Below, in pieces: positions 11,354-22,723 of a stretch of DNA of 46,316 nt. Made by a program: the position numbers and the translations under genes. The notes below the pieces were generated by a model. The model did no database searches. It was not told the DNA's origin and worked only from the letters and a program-made list of their open reading frames with translations. Origin of the DNA: Saprolegnia diclina VS20. Its lineage: Eukaryota. The stretch spans positions 177,283 to 223,598 of the forward strand of contig NW_008246079.1 of assembly GCF_000281045.1 (NCBI RefSeq). The letters are read 5' to 3'. Position 1 is the first letter of the stretch; every line of letters begins with the position of its first letter.

Positions 11354-14147
11354 CTACGCATTGTCCGACATGGACAGCAGCGTCTTCTCGACGTCGACAA
11401 AGCGCTGCGAGAGCTGCGAGTAGCGGCTGTTGCGGTTGAAGTAGCCCTGGATGCGGACCTTCTCCATCTCGGTGAGGTTCTCGAGCGACTCCTGCAAGTG
11501 CTTTTCGGTCAAGTCCTTGCGCGAGATGATGCCCTTGACCTCGTTGCTGCGGTTCAGTACAATCTAATCCACTGGATCGCACGCGCCTCCTACTAACTAG
11601 AATCAACGTACCAAGTGGCGCAGCCCCAGCGACCGGAAGAGACGGAAGGCGCGCGGGACCGGCATCTGGTCCTGCACCGTGTGCGGCGTCGGGTTCATGT
11701 ACGGCGTGAGGTCCATCCAGAGCTCGCGTTCGATCGAGTCGAGCCGGATCTCGTTGATGTTGGGGTACCGCGGATACGTCGACTCAATGTCGCGGTACGA
11801 GAGCGCGTACTGCTCGTTGTAGAGGAAGCTCTCTTCGCTCGCGGGCTGGCGCGTGAACGGGATCGGCCGCGCGACGCTAAAGTCCTTGCGCTGGAGCATG
11901 ACGCAGAGGTGCTTGCGCTGGATGATACCGACAAACTTGGGGTTGCCATTGTCCTTGGCGGGCGCAACGACCGCAAAGCCCGAGTGCGCCGACGCCCGGA
12001 GGACATCGTAGATCGCACCGGCCTTGGAAATATGGTCGAGCGACACGACCGGCGCGCCCATGATGTTGGCGACGCGGAGGTACCGGGCGTAGAACGGCGG
12101 GTCAAACTCGAGGAACGGGAGGTGCTTGAGGTGGATGTGGATGTCGTACAGGCCGTGGTTGAAGCTGTTGCCGACCCAGCGCGCCATCATGAGGCACACC
12201 ATGATCGGGAGGCCCCACTCGATGACGCCCGTGCACTCGAGGATGATGACGGTCAGCGAGATCGTCATGCGCGCCATCCCGCCCAGCATCGAGGCGGCGC
12301 CGATGAGCGAGAACATCCCGATGGGCGCCGTGTGCGGAATGTGCGCCGCCTCGAGAAAGTGCACCCAGATGCGCCCGTACGCTGCGCCCGCGAGCAGACT
12401 CGGGACAAAGAGCCCGGACGGCACCGCAATGCCGTACGTCCAGCACGCCATGACGTAGAACGAGCCAAAGAAGATGAGCAGCGACGAGAGCGTGAAGGAA
12501 GCCGGCGTCGTAAAGTGGAAGAGCTGCTTCATCGAAGTCGCAAACGCCACGGTATAGAGCGACGCGAGGTCGTTGTACTCGCCGTCGGCGCAGTAAAACT
12601 GCACGAGCTGCTCCTTGTACGGCCCGTCGAGCGGGAGGCACTTGCCAAACCGGTACGAGAGCCAGAAGCTTGTGACCGCCATGACGAAGCAGATGAACAT
12701 GGCCTCGAGGAACCGCCCGTAGCGGTGGCTCATGAGCGGCGACGACCGGCGAAAGTTGGTCAGAATCGTGTTGGCCTGGTTGAAGACGGCGCCCATGAGC
12801 CCGCCAATCATGCCCATGGCAAGGAAGATCGGCACGTCCCAAACCGCGTAGCTCTTGTTGTTCTCCGAGAATGAGCCGAACGAGAGCGTGCCGGTTTGGT
12901 TGCCGAGGTGGCCCCACCGGCTGTCGTTGGCGTCGACCTCGGACCGGAACGCGCTGTACAAGTTGACGACGAACGCCGACACCATGGCGCAAAAGAACGT
13001 TCGCCACGTAAGGTTCTGGTGCCAGAACGAAGCGCCTTCCTCCAGCGCAAAGAGGACGCCGCCAATGGGCGCCCCAAAGGCCGCACCGACGCCGGCGGCC
13101 GCACCGCATGAGATGAAGTCGCGCTTCTCCTTGTCGTTGCGGAACCCCTTGAACTTGGTCCAGCTTGTATCGAGGCCGAACGATGACGACTTGCCCTGCG
13201 AGAGACCGGCGCCAATGATCGCACCTGAGTGGATCATCGGGCCTTCCTTCCCGACCGGGAGCCCGGCCGCGACCGAGAAGAGAATGCCAATCGCCTTGCA
13301 GAAGAGCGTCTTGAGCCGCACAATGCGGTGGATCTTGATACCGTTGAGCGTCGCCTTGATCTCGGAGATGCCCGAGCCGCCGGCCACCGGGCACAGAATC
13401 GCGACGCAGTACGTCGCGACGCTGACAAACATGATCGAGATGGCCGCGTACGTGAGGAAGGCCATGCCAAAGGCCGCTTCGTGGCGGCGTTCCTTCTCGA
13501 TCATCTCTTCCATCGAGTCGCGCCGAAAGTCGGAGAAGAGGTCGGTGAACTTTTCAATGAAGCACGCGACGCCGGCCGTGCCGAGGCCAATGCCAAAGGT
13601 CATGACCCAGCGGCCCATGTTGAGCGCGCGGATGGTCTCTTCGTTCGACTCGAGCTCGTGCTGCTGGTTGACACGCGACTCAAAGAAATCGTAATCGAAC
13701 GACTCCATGTGCTGCGCCTTGGACTTTTTGAGCTGGTCCTTCTACACACAAGATGTATGCGGCCCTGTTCTTAATGCAAAGCCGACAACGTACCGCATTC
13801 GACATGTCCGAGTAGAGCGCGGCCTCCGAGAGCTCCGACTGCAGGTTGCCCGTCCACTCGTTGTTGACACGGCGCGGGTCGAACGTCGCGGCGTAGCTGC
13901 CCGGCGAGCGACCGAACGACGAGATGTCGAGAGAGACGCGGTTATCGGCGTCAGCCGGCGACGAGCCTTGCTCGGGCTGCGTATGCGGCGAGCTGTTTCG
14001 CGGCGTGTCACTGCGCACGTCTCCCGGCGAACCACTGCGCTCGGAGATGTCGCGCGGCGAGCCAAAGGAGCCGCGGGCGATGGGCTCGCTGCGCGTGGCC
14101 AGCAGCGGCAGCTTCTCCTCCGGCACGGACGTGCTCGGTCCCTGCAT
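11354..14147 (-). CDS. CLC chloride/proton exchanger, CLC-6/7-like, with C-terminal CBS domains
   Basis: Exons are 14147-13794, 13741-11612 and 11563-11354. CLC motifs present: GSGISE, GKEGPMIH, FGAPIGGVLFALEE, GLFVP and GLYD. CBS2 reads FRSLGLRHL|IVLNRSNEVKGIISRKDL. Confidence 0.95.
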
Positions 14148-15150
14148 GGCGTTGGCGTGGAGGGCGACAGACGCGAAATGACAGCCTCTGCCAGGGGCGT
14201 CGCCAAAGGCTTGGCGAACCCAGCTGGCAGCACAGGACCGGTCCAAGGTGCAATAAAATCCGTAAAATAATTCCACTCGCCTCACCTCTTGATGTTTGTA
14301 TGCAGGCTCGGTGATTTGCATTAAAATACAAACTAGGTGGCGAAAAAGTGGCAGCAAATCCCAGCCGAGTTCCGGATACCGCAAAATTATACGGATGCGA
14401 CATCTGGGTGGACGTGCGAAATGCGCGACGAGCCACGACGCGCGTGGGAAATGATGTGAAAAATGCAGCACAGACATCAGCGGCAGGTGCCAGATTTAGC
14501 ACCACCGAGAGGGTCGCGGGATCGAACGAGCGCGCCACGAACGTGCGCTACGAGCGACTTCAGTTCTTGGTACGTACGCTATAAGGTCGAAGATGCTAGC
14601 GTTCAAACGTCGGAGCGGCCAAACAGAGTAGTAGCTACACGGACTGGCGTGCCTCATTCCACCATCATTGACACGATCGAGGATCGCCACATGCTTTTTG
14701 ACACAAGCGCCACATCGGAACAAGCCGCTTATGTGTGGACAGACAGACAGCTTGTCCATACACACGTCTTGGTGGAGCGCGCGACGTGACATGAGTTGAT
14801 CGCGGCATATATCCCAAGGTGCGGCCACACGAAATGCAAGAATCGAGCGGCAGTGACTCGGAGGCAGGAGGGACGTGGCCGGCAGCTCAATCCGAGCTGT
14901 TTCCTTGCGCAAAGGTCCTTGGTGGCTGTAGTAGTACGCATTGTATGCGCCGCGCCTCGTGCAGTACCCAAGGAAGCACCATGGCCTTGTCTCTACCGAC
15001 GCCGCAAGGACCGTGCGCCGCCATGACGTGGCACTCGGAAACCGACGGCGTCTTTATTTTCGGCACATGCCGTATTCAATTCCCACCCCATTTTTCACAG
15101 CGCGTCGCGGGTGTGCCAGCCAGTTGGTTGAGTGTGAAAATTTCATTTCA

Positions 15151-16182
15151 ATGCCACCAAAAGCCGCGCGAGGGCAGGCCGAGACAGCGGCGCGGCAGGC
15201 GCGGGCCGCGGCCCAGAAGCACCTCGCCGCCACGGGCACGGGGCCGTCGCAGTATGAGCTCGGCAACCAGCATGGCGTGGGCATGAGTCTCGAGCGCGGC
15301 GACAACACGCTCCAAGTGCTCGCGCAGCGCCGAGCCAAGGCTCATCCCCTGCATGAGTCCAGCCACGTGTCCCATCAAGCAGCCGCCAGTGCCCCGCGAT
15401 CGACAACGGGCGCGAGCTCCAGTAGCACCATCCAAGTCGCGTCGGAGGCCAGCGCTTCGAACGCGTTTGCGACGCCACGTGCAGGTACTTCGAGGCGGTG
15501 TCTGACATGTTCTTGATGGGGCACAGAGGTTGGTGGCGCCTCGAAGAACCAACTGCCGACAGGATGGTTGGAGGCCAAGGACGCAGCGACGGGCGACATC
15601 TACTACTGGAACGAGGTAAGTTCGACGCGACGATATCGTGCTGACAGCGTCCTGCTTAGACCACGAAGGAGACGTCGTGGACGAAACCCGGTGCTGCCGT
15701 TGAGGAGCCGCCTGTCGAAGATCTCCCAGAGTACGACGCTGCTTTGAGCTCTCTGTGATCGTCTCACGTTGCGACCTGCAGTGGCTGGCAGCTCGTGACG
15801 GACCCGACAACCCAGTCGTCGTACTACTGGAACGTGCACACCCAAGAGACACAGTGGGAGAAGCCCGTCTCGCTCGGTGCGCATGAACATTGCACTCTTC
15901 CCGCGTTTGCTCACCAATGCACTGTCGCGTAGCCCAAGCCAAGGCCGCCAAATCCAAGCTCGACGCGCTCCTCAAGGGCATCGGGAAGCGTCGCTTTGGC
16001 GACGACGACGGCGACGACGACGACGTGGCACCAAAGAAGGCAAAGCCCAGCGAGAACGACGACGACGCGACGCTTCACGCGTTTCTCGCCGACGTAGAAA
16101 GGTGCGTGCATTTTCGCTTGATGCTGTCCTGGCGGTACACTGATATATCCACGATAGCACGGACGCAGTGACTCCTCCATGA
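15151..16182 (+). CDS. Protein with two WW domains and an acidic/basic C-terminus (5 short introns)
   Basis: The spliced translation gives LPTGWLEAKDAATGDIYYWNE|TTKETSWTKP and LPDGWQLVTDPTTQSSYYWNVHTQETQWEKP, both canonical WW domains. GT-AG introns restore the frame. Confidence 0.8.
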
Positions 16183-17103
16183 GCGTTGATTCCATGAGCG
16201 TTGGTGCATAAATGCCAGCAGTAATGAGTCCGTGGCGGTGATGCCGCTGCCATCCAGCAACCGGACTGCGCTCGGCATTACTACCCCGATATAATTTTTC
16301 AATCGCACCGCTCGCTCCCCTGTTACACGGCCCGACGCGTCCAGAGCGAGCGACGATCTGCCGCGGAGGGCTCGGTGTTCACGCGAGCGCTGTGTGACGC
16401 ACGCCAGTGCGATCAGTCGTCGTGCGCGATGCGCTGGGATTCAGTCGGCGGACTTCAACCAATTCGCCTTCTTTCTTGATGGATATCATTACGTATGGCG
16501 CTGGCGACCTTCCCTTACTCGCAGCTGGATCATTGAATTCGGAGGCCGTGCAGCTTCAACATGTCCCAACACTTGACGCGTGCCGGACCTCGGGCGCCGT
16601 CCGTCGCTGCATCTCAACAAGCAGAGCAAGGACGTCGGCCGAGTCATGCAGAGACGCAGCGAAGGGACTGCGCTTCGCGTGTCGTCCATCGCGAAGAAGA
16701 AGCCGAAGTGATATGGCCGCGGAAAATGATATTTAAATTAATATGAGAAAAATGATATGTGTGGGACTTCAACTGCCGCAGTAATCGGCAGTGGCATTTC
16801 GCAACACTTTTATTCGGAAATTGAATACCAGTATTTTATGTTCACTTTAGATTTGTATAGCAAGGTGTGAATTGCTTTTGAATTGATGCGAAGAAGTGGG
16901 CACAGCACTGATATTAATCACTCGAGTGCGTAATATAACACGCTCCAACGGGCTCGTACAATTCGATGGTTATATGTTGATAGCGGTTTTGTATGTAATT
17001 GCAATAAAAGTAAAACAGAAACGCCGAGCGCCCCGTTTTTATATTTTCGAAACCCGCACCAGCTGGTCGACAGTTCATCTCACTTTGCCCAGCAGATTCC
17101 GAA

Positions 17104-17646
17104 ATGCCCACCGAAGCAGCAAGCAGCACGACCAGCTCCGACGCACCGGCCGCCTTCCCACCGGACGAGCGCTGCAAGTACGCCTACAAGGAGTGCAAGG
17201 AGCGCCGGTCCCGCCGGAAGAACGGCAAGCTCCACTCGCTCTGCGACTACCACCGCAAGAAGGCCAACTCGGTGCAGAAGAGCTATGCGACCAAGCGCCG
17301 CAACATGCAGTCGCAGCAGCAAGCACGCGCCAAGGCCGAGCCGGCCTTTGCCACGCCGCCGCCCGCACCACTGACCGCGTACGCGTTGCCGGCGCCGCTC
17401 CTGCCACGCGGCTACGGCGTCTACCACGAGCCCGCCAACGACCACGCGCTCCGGCTCGACGAGATCAAGCGCCGCATCCAAAGTGCTTGGGAGCGCCGCC
17501 ACGCACCGCCGGGCGAGCCGTCGTCTATTTATTACAACTACCCGTCGTTGTCGGCGTCGTCGCCGCCGCACTACCCGCAGGTGCACCACCACTACGAACC
17601 CGTGCTGCACTCGTACATGAAGCCGATCGCGCCGCTCAACCATTAA
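17104..17646 (+). CDS. Uncharacterised protein with a C-x6-C-x15-C-x2-H putative zinc finger and basic helix
   Basis: Intronless 180-aa ORF with host-like codon usage, motif CKYAYKECKERRSRRKNGKLHSLCDYHRKKAN, a Pro/Tyr/His-rich tail and Inr-like CTCACTTT upstream. Confidence 0.8.
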   Translation: MPTEAASSTTSSDAPAAFPPDERCKYAYKECKERRSRRKNGKLHSLCDYHRKKANSVQKSYATKRRNMQSQQQARAKAEPAFATPPPAPLTAYALPAPLLPRGYGVYHEPANDHALRLDEIKRRIQSAWERRHAPPGEPSSIYYNYPSLSASSPPHYPQVHHHYEPVLHSYMKPIAPLNH

Positions 17647-18275
17647 GTGCGCCAACGACGTCATATTTGGCCGCGTGTCCCGTGGCTGCCCCGCGTGTAA
17701 TGCGCATACCCCACGCCGCATCCGACGGTGTATCCTTCCCACACACACAACCCGGTTCTCGCCATACCAGCTCGTAGACCTTTTACTACAGTACGACGAG
17801 TGCATCGTTCCCTTTTTTCTTCTTTTCAAGTTTCTGAAATACAATGTAAGCCGCGACGCAGTCGGTCGTTGGACCAAATTTTGAGATATTTTGAGCCTCA
17901 AAAATCGAGAGATTTAAATATTGGCGCACAGCGTCGGGCGGCGCTGAATTCTCAGTGTGTCGATTGAACACTTCTGTTCCTTGAGCTATTTATTCCATGG
18001 CGCCCGGTGCAGCTGGTGCAGCGACCCGGACCATCATGCAGTCAGTATCCTGTCTGAGAAATGCTGTGCCAAACTGCATCAGCGAGAAATCCTCAAGTTA
18101 CTCTTCTACTTCGCACAGCATTTCAACAATGGCTCAGGCTCGGAAGTGCCGACGTGGGATTGTACATACCTTGTAGCAGCTTTCTATCGCTGGAGCTGCG
18201 TGGAGCAGCATGGTCCGGACAGCGGCCGCGCCTCAGCGAAGCTCGGGTCCCAGAGACCCCAGAATGGACCCTTTG

Positions 18276-18418
18276 GATTGGCCAAACACAGGTGGATTTT
18301 AGCCAATCCATGCATAATTCTACGAATGCCGATTATTTTACGTATTTCAGCCAATCAATGCGCTCTGGGTCTCCTGCAAATAGATTGGCTGACTTGATAT
18401 GATATTTCAGCCAATCAA
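18276..18418. promoter_or_regulatory. Cluster of five CCAAT boxes including a 16-bp direct repeat
   Basis: TATTTCAGCCAATCAA occurs at 18343-18358 and 18403-18418. Also present are AGCCAATC at 18301, and inverted GATTGG at 18276 and GATTGGCTGA at 18383. Confidence 0.5.
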
Positions 18419-18823
18419 CAAGCACAATAGGTCGTCAGCCATGGCATCAAGCCCAACCCATGGGTCAATGACCCATGCCCAACCGAAGGTCGGCTCACGG
18501 GGACAAACCTAATATGTACTCCAGATGTACTCCTACCTCGGCTCACGGACCACCAGCGCAGCTGAGCATACAACAACGTAATCCTCTCAAACTCCCTAAA
18601 AGCGTCGCTACTCTTGTAGTGAGCTCTCTCACAATCGTTCACGAACACTAACATTTTTCCTCTCGTCAGCCAGAAATTGGTCGTCTTTCAGAATGTAAAT
18701 GCTACTCGACAACCAGCTCGAGAACGCAGGGCACCAAATAGCTCTTGGCGGTGGTGGCCACGAGATTAGTACCGTCCTTAACCGCCGAAACGCCCACTTC
18801 GACAAGAATCCGTGGTCCGGAGG

Positions 18824-21656
18824 ATGCAGTTTGAGGGCGCGGGCATCACACTCGAGCGCAATGTGATCGCGATGCTCTCCGAGTGTGGCGACATCCCGCC
18901 CATGTACGAGGACCCGGACTTTGCTGCGCGCGCCGTGAGTCTGTTCAAAGACGCGGACGCGCCGCCCGAGTATGCGACGTCGACCAAGAAAGGCGACGAC
19001 GGCGCGATCGTGCACTGGTACCGCCCCAGCCAAGTGTGCGTCGAGCCCGACTACTTTAAGAGCACGGCGGGCTGCGGTACGCTGCGGGAAGGCAGTGGGC
19101 TCAACGATGCGTGGCTCCTCGGCGTCTTTGCCGCGCTGGCGCTTCACCAAGACAACTTGATCGAGAACCTCTTTGTGTCCCAAATGCACGACTTCAAGAC
19201 GTTCGGCATCTACACGTGCCAGTTCTACAAGGACTGCCAGTGGCTCGAGGTCGTCGCCGACACGCGGCTACCCTACTCTCAGCCGATCGCCGACGTCAAC
19301 GACCCGCGCTTGGCGCCGCCAAATGTGCAACCCGGTCATTGGCTCTACGGCAGCAGCCTCAATAAGAACGAAGTTTTTATCCCGCTCCTGGAGAAGGCGT
19401 ACGCCAAGTTTCACGGCAACTACGAGGTGCTCCACGACGGCAGCATCGTCGAGGCGTTCATCGACTGCACGGGTGGCAGCGTCAAGAAGATCGATCTGAG
19501 CTCGGACGCGACGCGGAAAACCCTGGTTGAAACCGGCGTCCTTTGGTCCAAGCTGCTCAAGCACCACAGTACGTACAAGAGCGTCTTGAGCTGCCAGCTC
19601 AAGATGGCGTCCATGTCCTACAACGACGTGACGACCGCTGGTATTCTCAAGAACCGCTTGTATGTGATCATGCACCTCAAGGAGCTCGGGTCGCTTCGCT
19701 TTATCAAGCTCAAGAACGTCTGGCAGCGCGGGTCCTGGAAGGGCGACTGGTCCAACGACGACTGCAAATGGGAAGACAACCTCCAAGTCGAGGCGGCGCT
19801 CCGCGCGGACGCAGCCTGCGACTTTAACCGGACCAAGAACGACGGCACGTTCTGGATGGTGTGGGAGGACTTTGTCGAAACGTTCAACGAGGTGTTCATC
19901 ACGCGCATCTTTCCGTCGAGCACGTGTCAGTACTGCGTGCGCGGCGAGTGGATTGGCCCGGCGGCGGCCGGCCCGCCCACCAAGCCAGCGACCGAGACCC
20001 ATCCGAGCGTCGACGATGAGCACGCCAAGGGCCCGAGTACGCGGGCGTGGACCGTCCAAGGCGAGACGGACCCTTCGTGGTTTCGCAACCCGCAGTACCG
20101 ACTGGTCGTCGACGACAAGTGCACGGTCTTGCTCTCGCTTTTGCAGCGCGACTTTCGCGTCTTCGGCGGCGACAACTTTGCCATCAACTTTGTTGTGCTC
20201 GAAGTCTCGAAAAAAGCGCTCCACGCATCGATCGTGTGGGAGTACGACAAGGCGCGCGTGGTCGCCGAGGCGCACAGCTACCCGCCCCACGACGCCTCCA
20301 AGGCAACGCTACCGAGCGCATCGACGTCGCACCCGGAACGTGAAATCTCAAAGGGCAATGTCGTGCTCGAGCCAGGTCGCGCGTATGTCGTTGTGCCGTA
20401 CACGGACCACGCCGGCGTCGACATGGAGTTCTTCCTCCGCATCTTTAGCTCGAAAGCCGTCCAGATCGACGCCCTCCGACCACTGCACGCCCTCGCAGTC
20501 CATGGCAAGTGGCGCGCGACGGACGACGGCGGCAACGGCAACACGAGCAGCGCCGGTGGTCCGCTCTGTCTCAGCCAGGGAATAAGCGGCCCCGAGAACT
20601 TAAGCTGGTGCCAAAACCCGCAGTTTCTCTTGCGCATGGCCCCCAAAGCCGCCGACGCCAAGCGCCCGGTCACGATCAAGATCGTCGCCAAGCAAACCTC
20701 GTACAAGGTGTCGACCAAAGGCCGCCGCGACGCACAGAAGGACAAGGCGCACGCACTCGGCCTCTCGGTCGTCCGGCCCGACGTCCTCGTTGACGACACG
20801 GCGACGACCAAGAAGCGCGTCAAAGCCGAAAAAGTTGATTTCCTCGGTGAGACCAAGGGCCCAAGCCGCGCTCCAAAAGCGCCGCCGATCCCAGAGCGGA
20901 AGCTGCTCGTGAAGGCGGACGAGTGGTGCACGCTCTCGGACCATGCGAGTCCGTTGATTGCAACGCTGTTTCTTCGCAAAGTCAACCCAGATTGGCTCGT
21001 CCACGGTCTTTGGGTCGTGCCGTCCCTCGGCGAGCCGCTCGTTGAAGGCACATTCGAGATTGAAGTGCACAGCGACGACGTCGTGACACTCGATGAGGTG
21101 CCGAGCATCATGGCCAAGACCATTGCGGGTGTACGTGGAAGCCTGGTGCATCTCAGATCTGATTTATCGAGGTTGTAGGAGTGGAATGAACACAAAAATA
21201 CCGTCGGTGGCGCGCACTTGAACCCGGACTGGAAGAAAAATCCCAAGTTTTACTTGACGCTGCAGTGCGTGCGCCCGGCCAATGTTGTGATTCACTTGCA
21301 CCGGTCCGAGCACGAGTGGCGCTCGAAATGCAAGAAGGACTCGGTACGACATATTGTCCATCGTTAGAACCTTATGAAAAACGGAGTAGGTCGGCACCAT
21401 GATGGGCTTTTACCTTTTCCAAGGCGCGAAGATCCAACGCGACGCCTCGAGCGTCACTGTTGACGGGCGCATGTGGACTGAAACGGACTTTGTGCCGATG
21501 CACAGCGTCGCGTCACCGCCACTGAGTCTCCCCGCGCTCTTCAACGAGTCGTACGTTATCATGCCGACGACGTGGGAGCCCAACCGAAGTGGTCGGTTCC
21601 TCCTCTCCGTCTCGGCCGACTGCGACTTTACGCTCCTCAGCGAAGACGACGCCTAG
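18824..21656 (+). CDS. Calpain-like protein (CysPc domain lacking catalytic Cys/His, plus three CBSW/domain III repeats)
   Basis: Calpain motifs include YEDPDF, GIYTCQFY, ADTRLP, LLEKAYAKFHGNYE.L..G, W.GDWS and DGTFWM.WEDF. Three G.W...AGG-like/NP.F-Y repeats follow. Introns are 21131-21178 and 21344-21389. Confidence 0.9.
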
Positions 21657-22052
21657 CGTTACTGCATCAGGATACCTACAAAAGGCAGTTTACATCTTAC
21701 TTTTGGCTGCATGAGTCATTGTATGCGACGTGCTTCTCGAACTGTACTAGGGTGACAGCCATGCGTTCGCTTTGGTGGTATCCTCCATCAAGCTGTTCTG
21801 CCGTTTGGATATGGACTCGGTGCTTGAATACACTGTAGCGCTTGATACACTGTAGCGGAGATAGCATGAGGTTAGAGTACCCTAAACCACGAGGCATGTC
21901 CCACATCGACGCAGATGCGGGTCGGCGCCGTGTATCCGCATCCTGTTGGAATGTGATTCCGTACCCGCATCTTCGTCCTCCTCATCGCCGCCAGTCACAA
22001 GAGCAGACCGAGATTGAACACGACAATAAAATAATTAAATAAAATACGACAA

Positions 22053-22723
22053 TCACGAGTGGAGCATCTTGGCGTGGGCGATGCACATACTATGGCGCTG
22101 CGCCCACTTGGGGCAGTGGCCGCCGCCGTTAAACTTGCAGCGCTGGCCGCCACCTACACCGTCCCCCATGAGCACTTGCGCAGGCATGCATGTGCATACC
22201 GTGCGCTCTGCAAAAGCCGCCACCTTGGTTATTCTTGATGCACCCTGGCGCCCGGCAGGCCACGCGGCCACCGTGCACCTTGCAGACGCCTTTGGACTGC
22301 GCTGTCGACGTGCAACCATCGACGAGGCACTGCTTGCCGCCACCATGCGTGATGCAGAGGCCACTGCGCTGGCTCGACCGTGGGCAGCTAGAGTGGCATG
22401 AGTACGCTGATCAACCGATGGAAGTCTACGTACGATGGCACGGTGCAGCGCTGGCCGCCACCGTGGGCCTTGCAGCGGCCCTTGGAGCGGGCGACATTGT
22501 CGCACGTCTCGACCGAGCACTTCTTCTTGAGCATCGCCGTGTCGGCGGGCCGAGTCTCTTTGGCCGCGGCTAATTGGTCGGCGAGCGGAATCAAGATCGC
22601 GTTGGGTGCGAAGGGTGCGAGGTGCAAGGTCGGGAAGCCGTCGAGCGACGTCGGGGACGGCGCGAGGTACGATGCAAGGCTCGGGAGGAGCCGGAGGCGC
22701 GGCAGGACCGTGGCGGCTTGCAT
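22053..22723 (-). CDS. WRKY19-like HGGG-repeat zinc-finger protein (2 introns)
   Basis: The spliced translation has five C..C-x9-C-x2-H(GG) units: CSVETC..CKAHGGG, CTVPSC..CITHGGG, CLVDGC..CKVHGG, CRAPGC..CRAHGGG and CKFNGGGHC..CIAH. Confidence 0.85.

Noticed and set aside
14660..14790. LFDTSAT, resembling a retroviral aspartyl protease motif
   Set aside because: It lacks the DTG glycine, and no gag, RT or LTR context was found.
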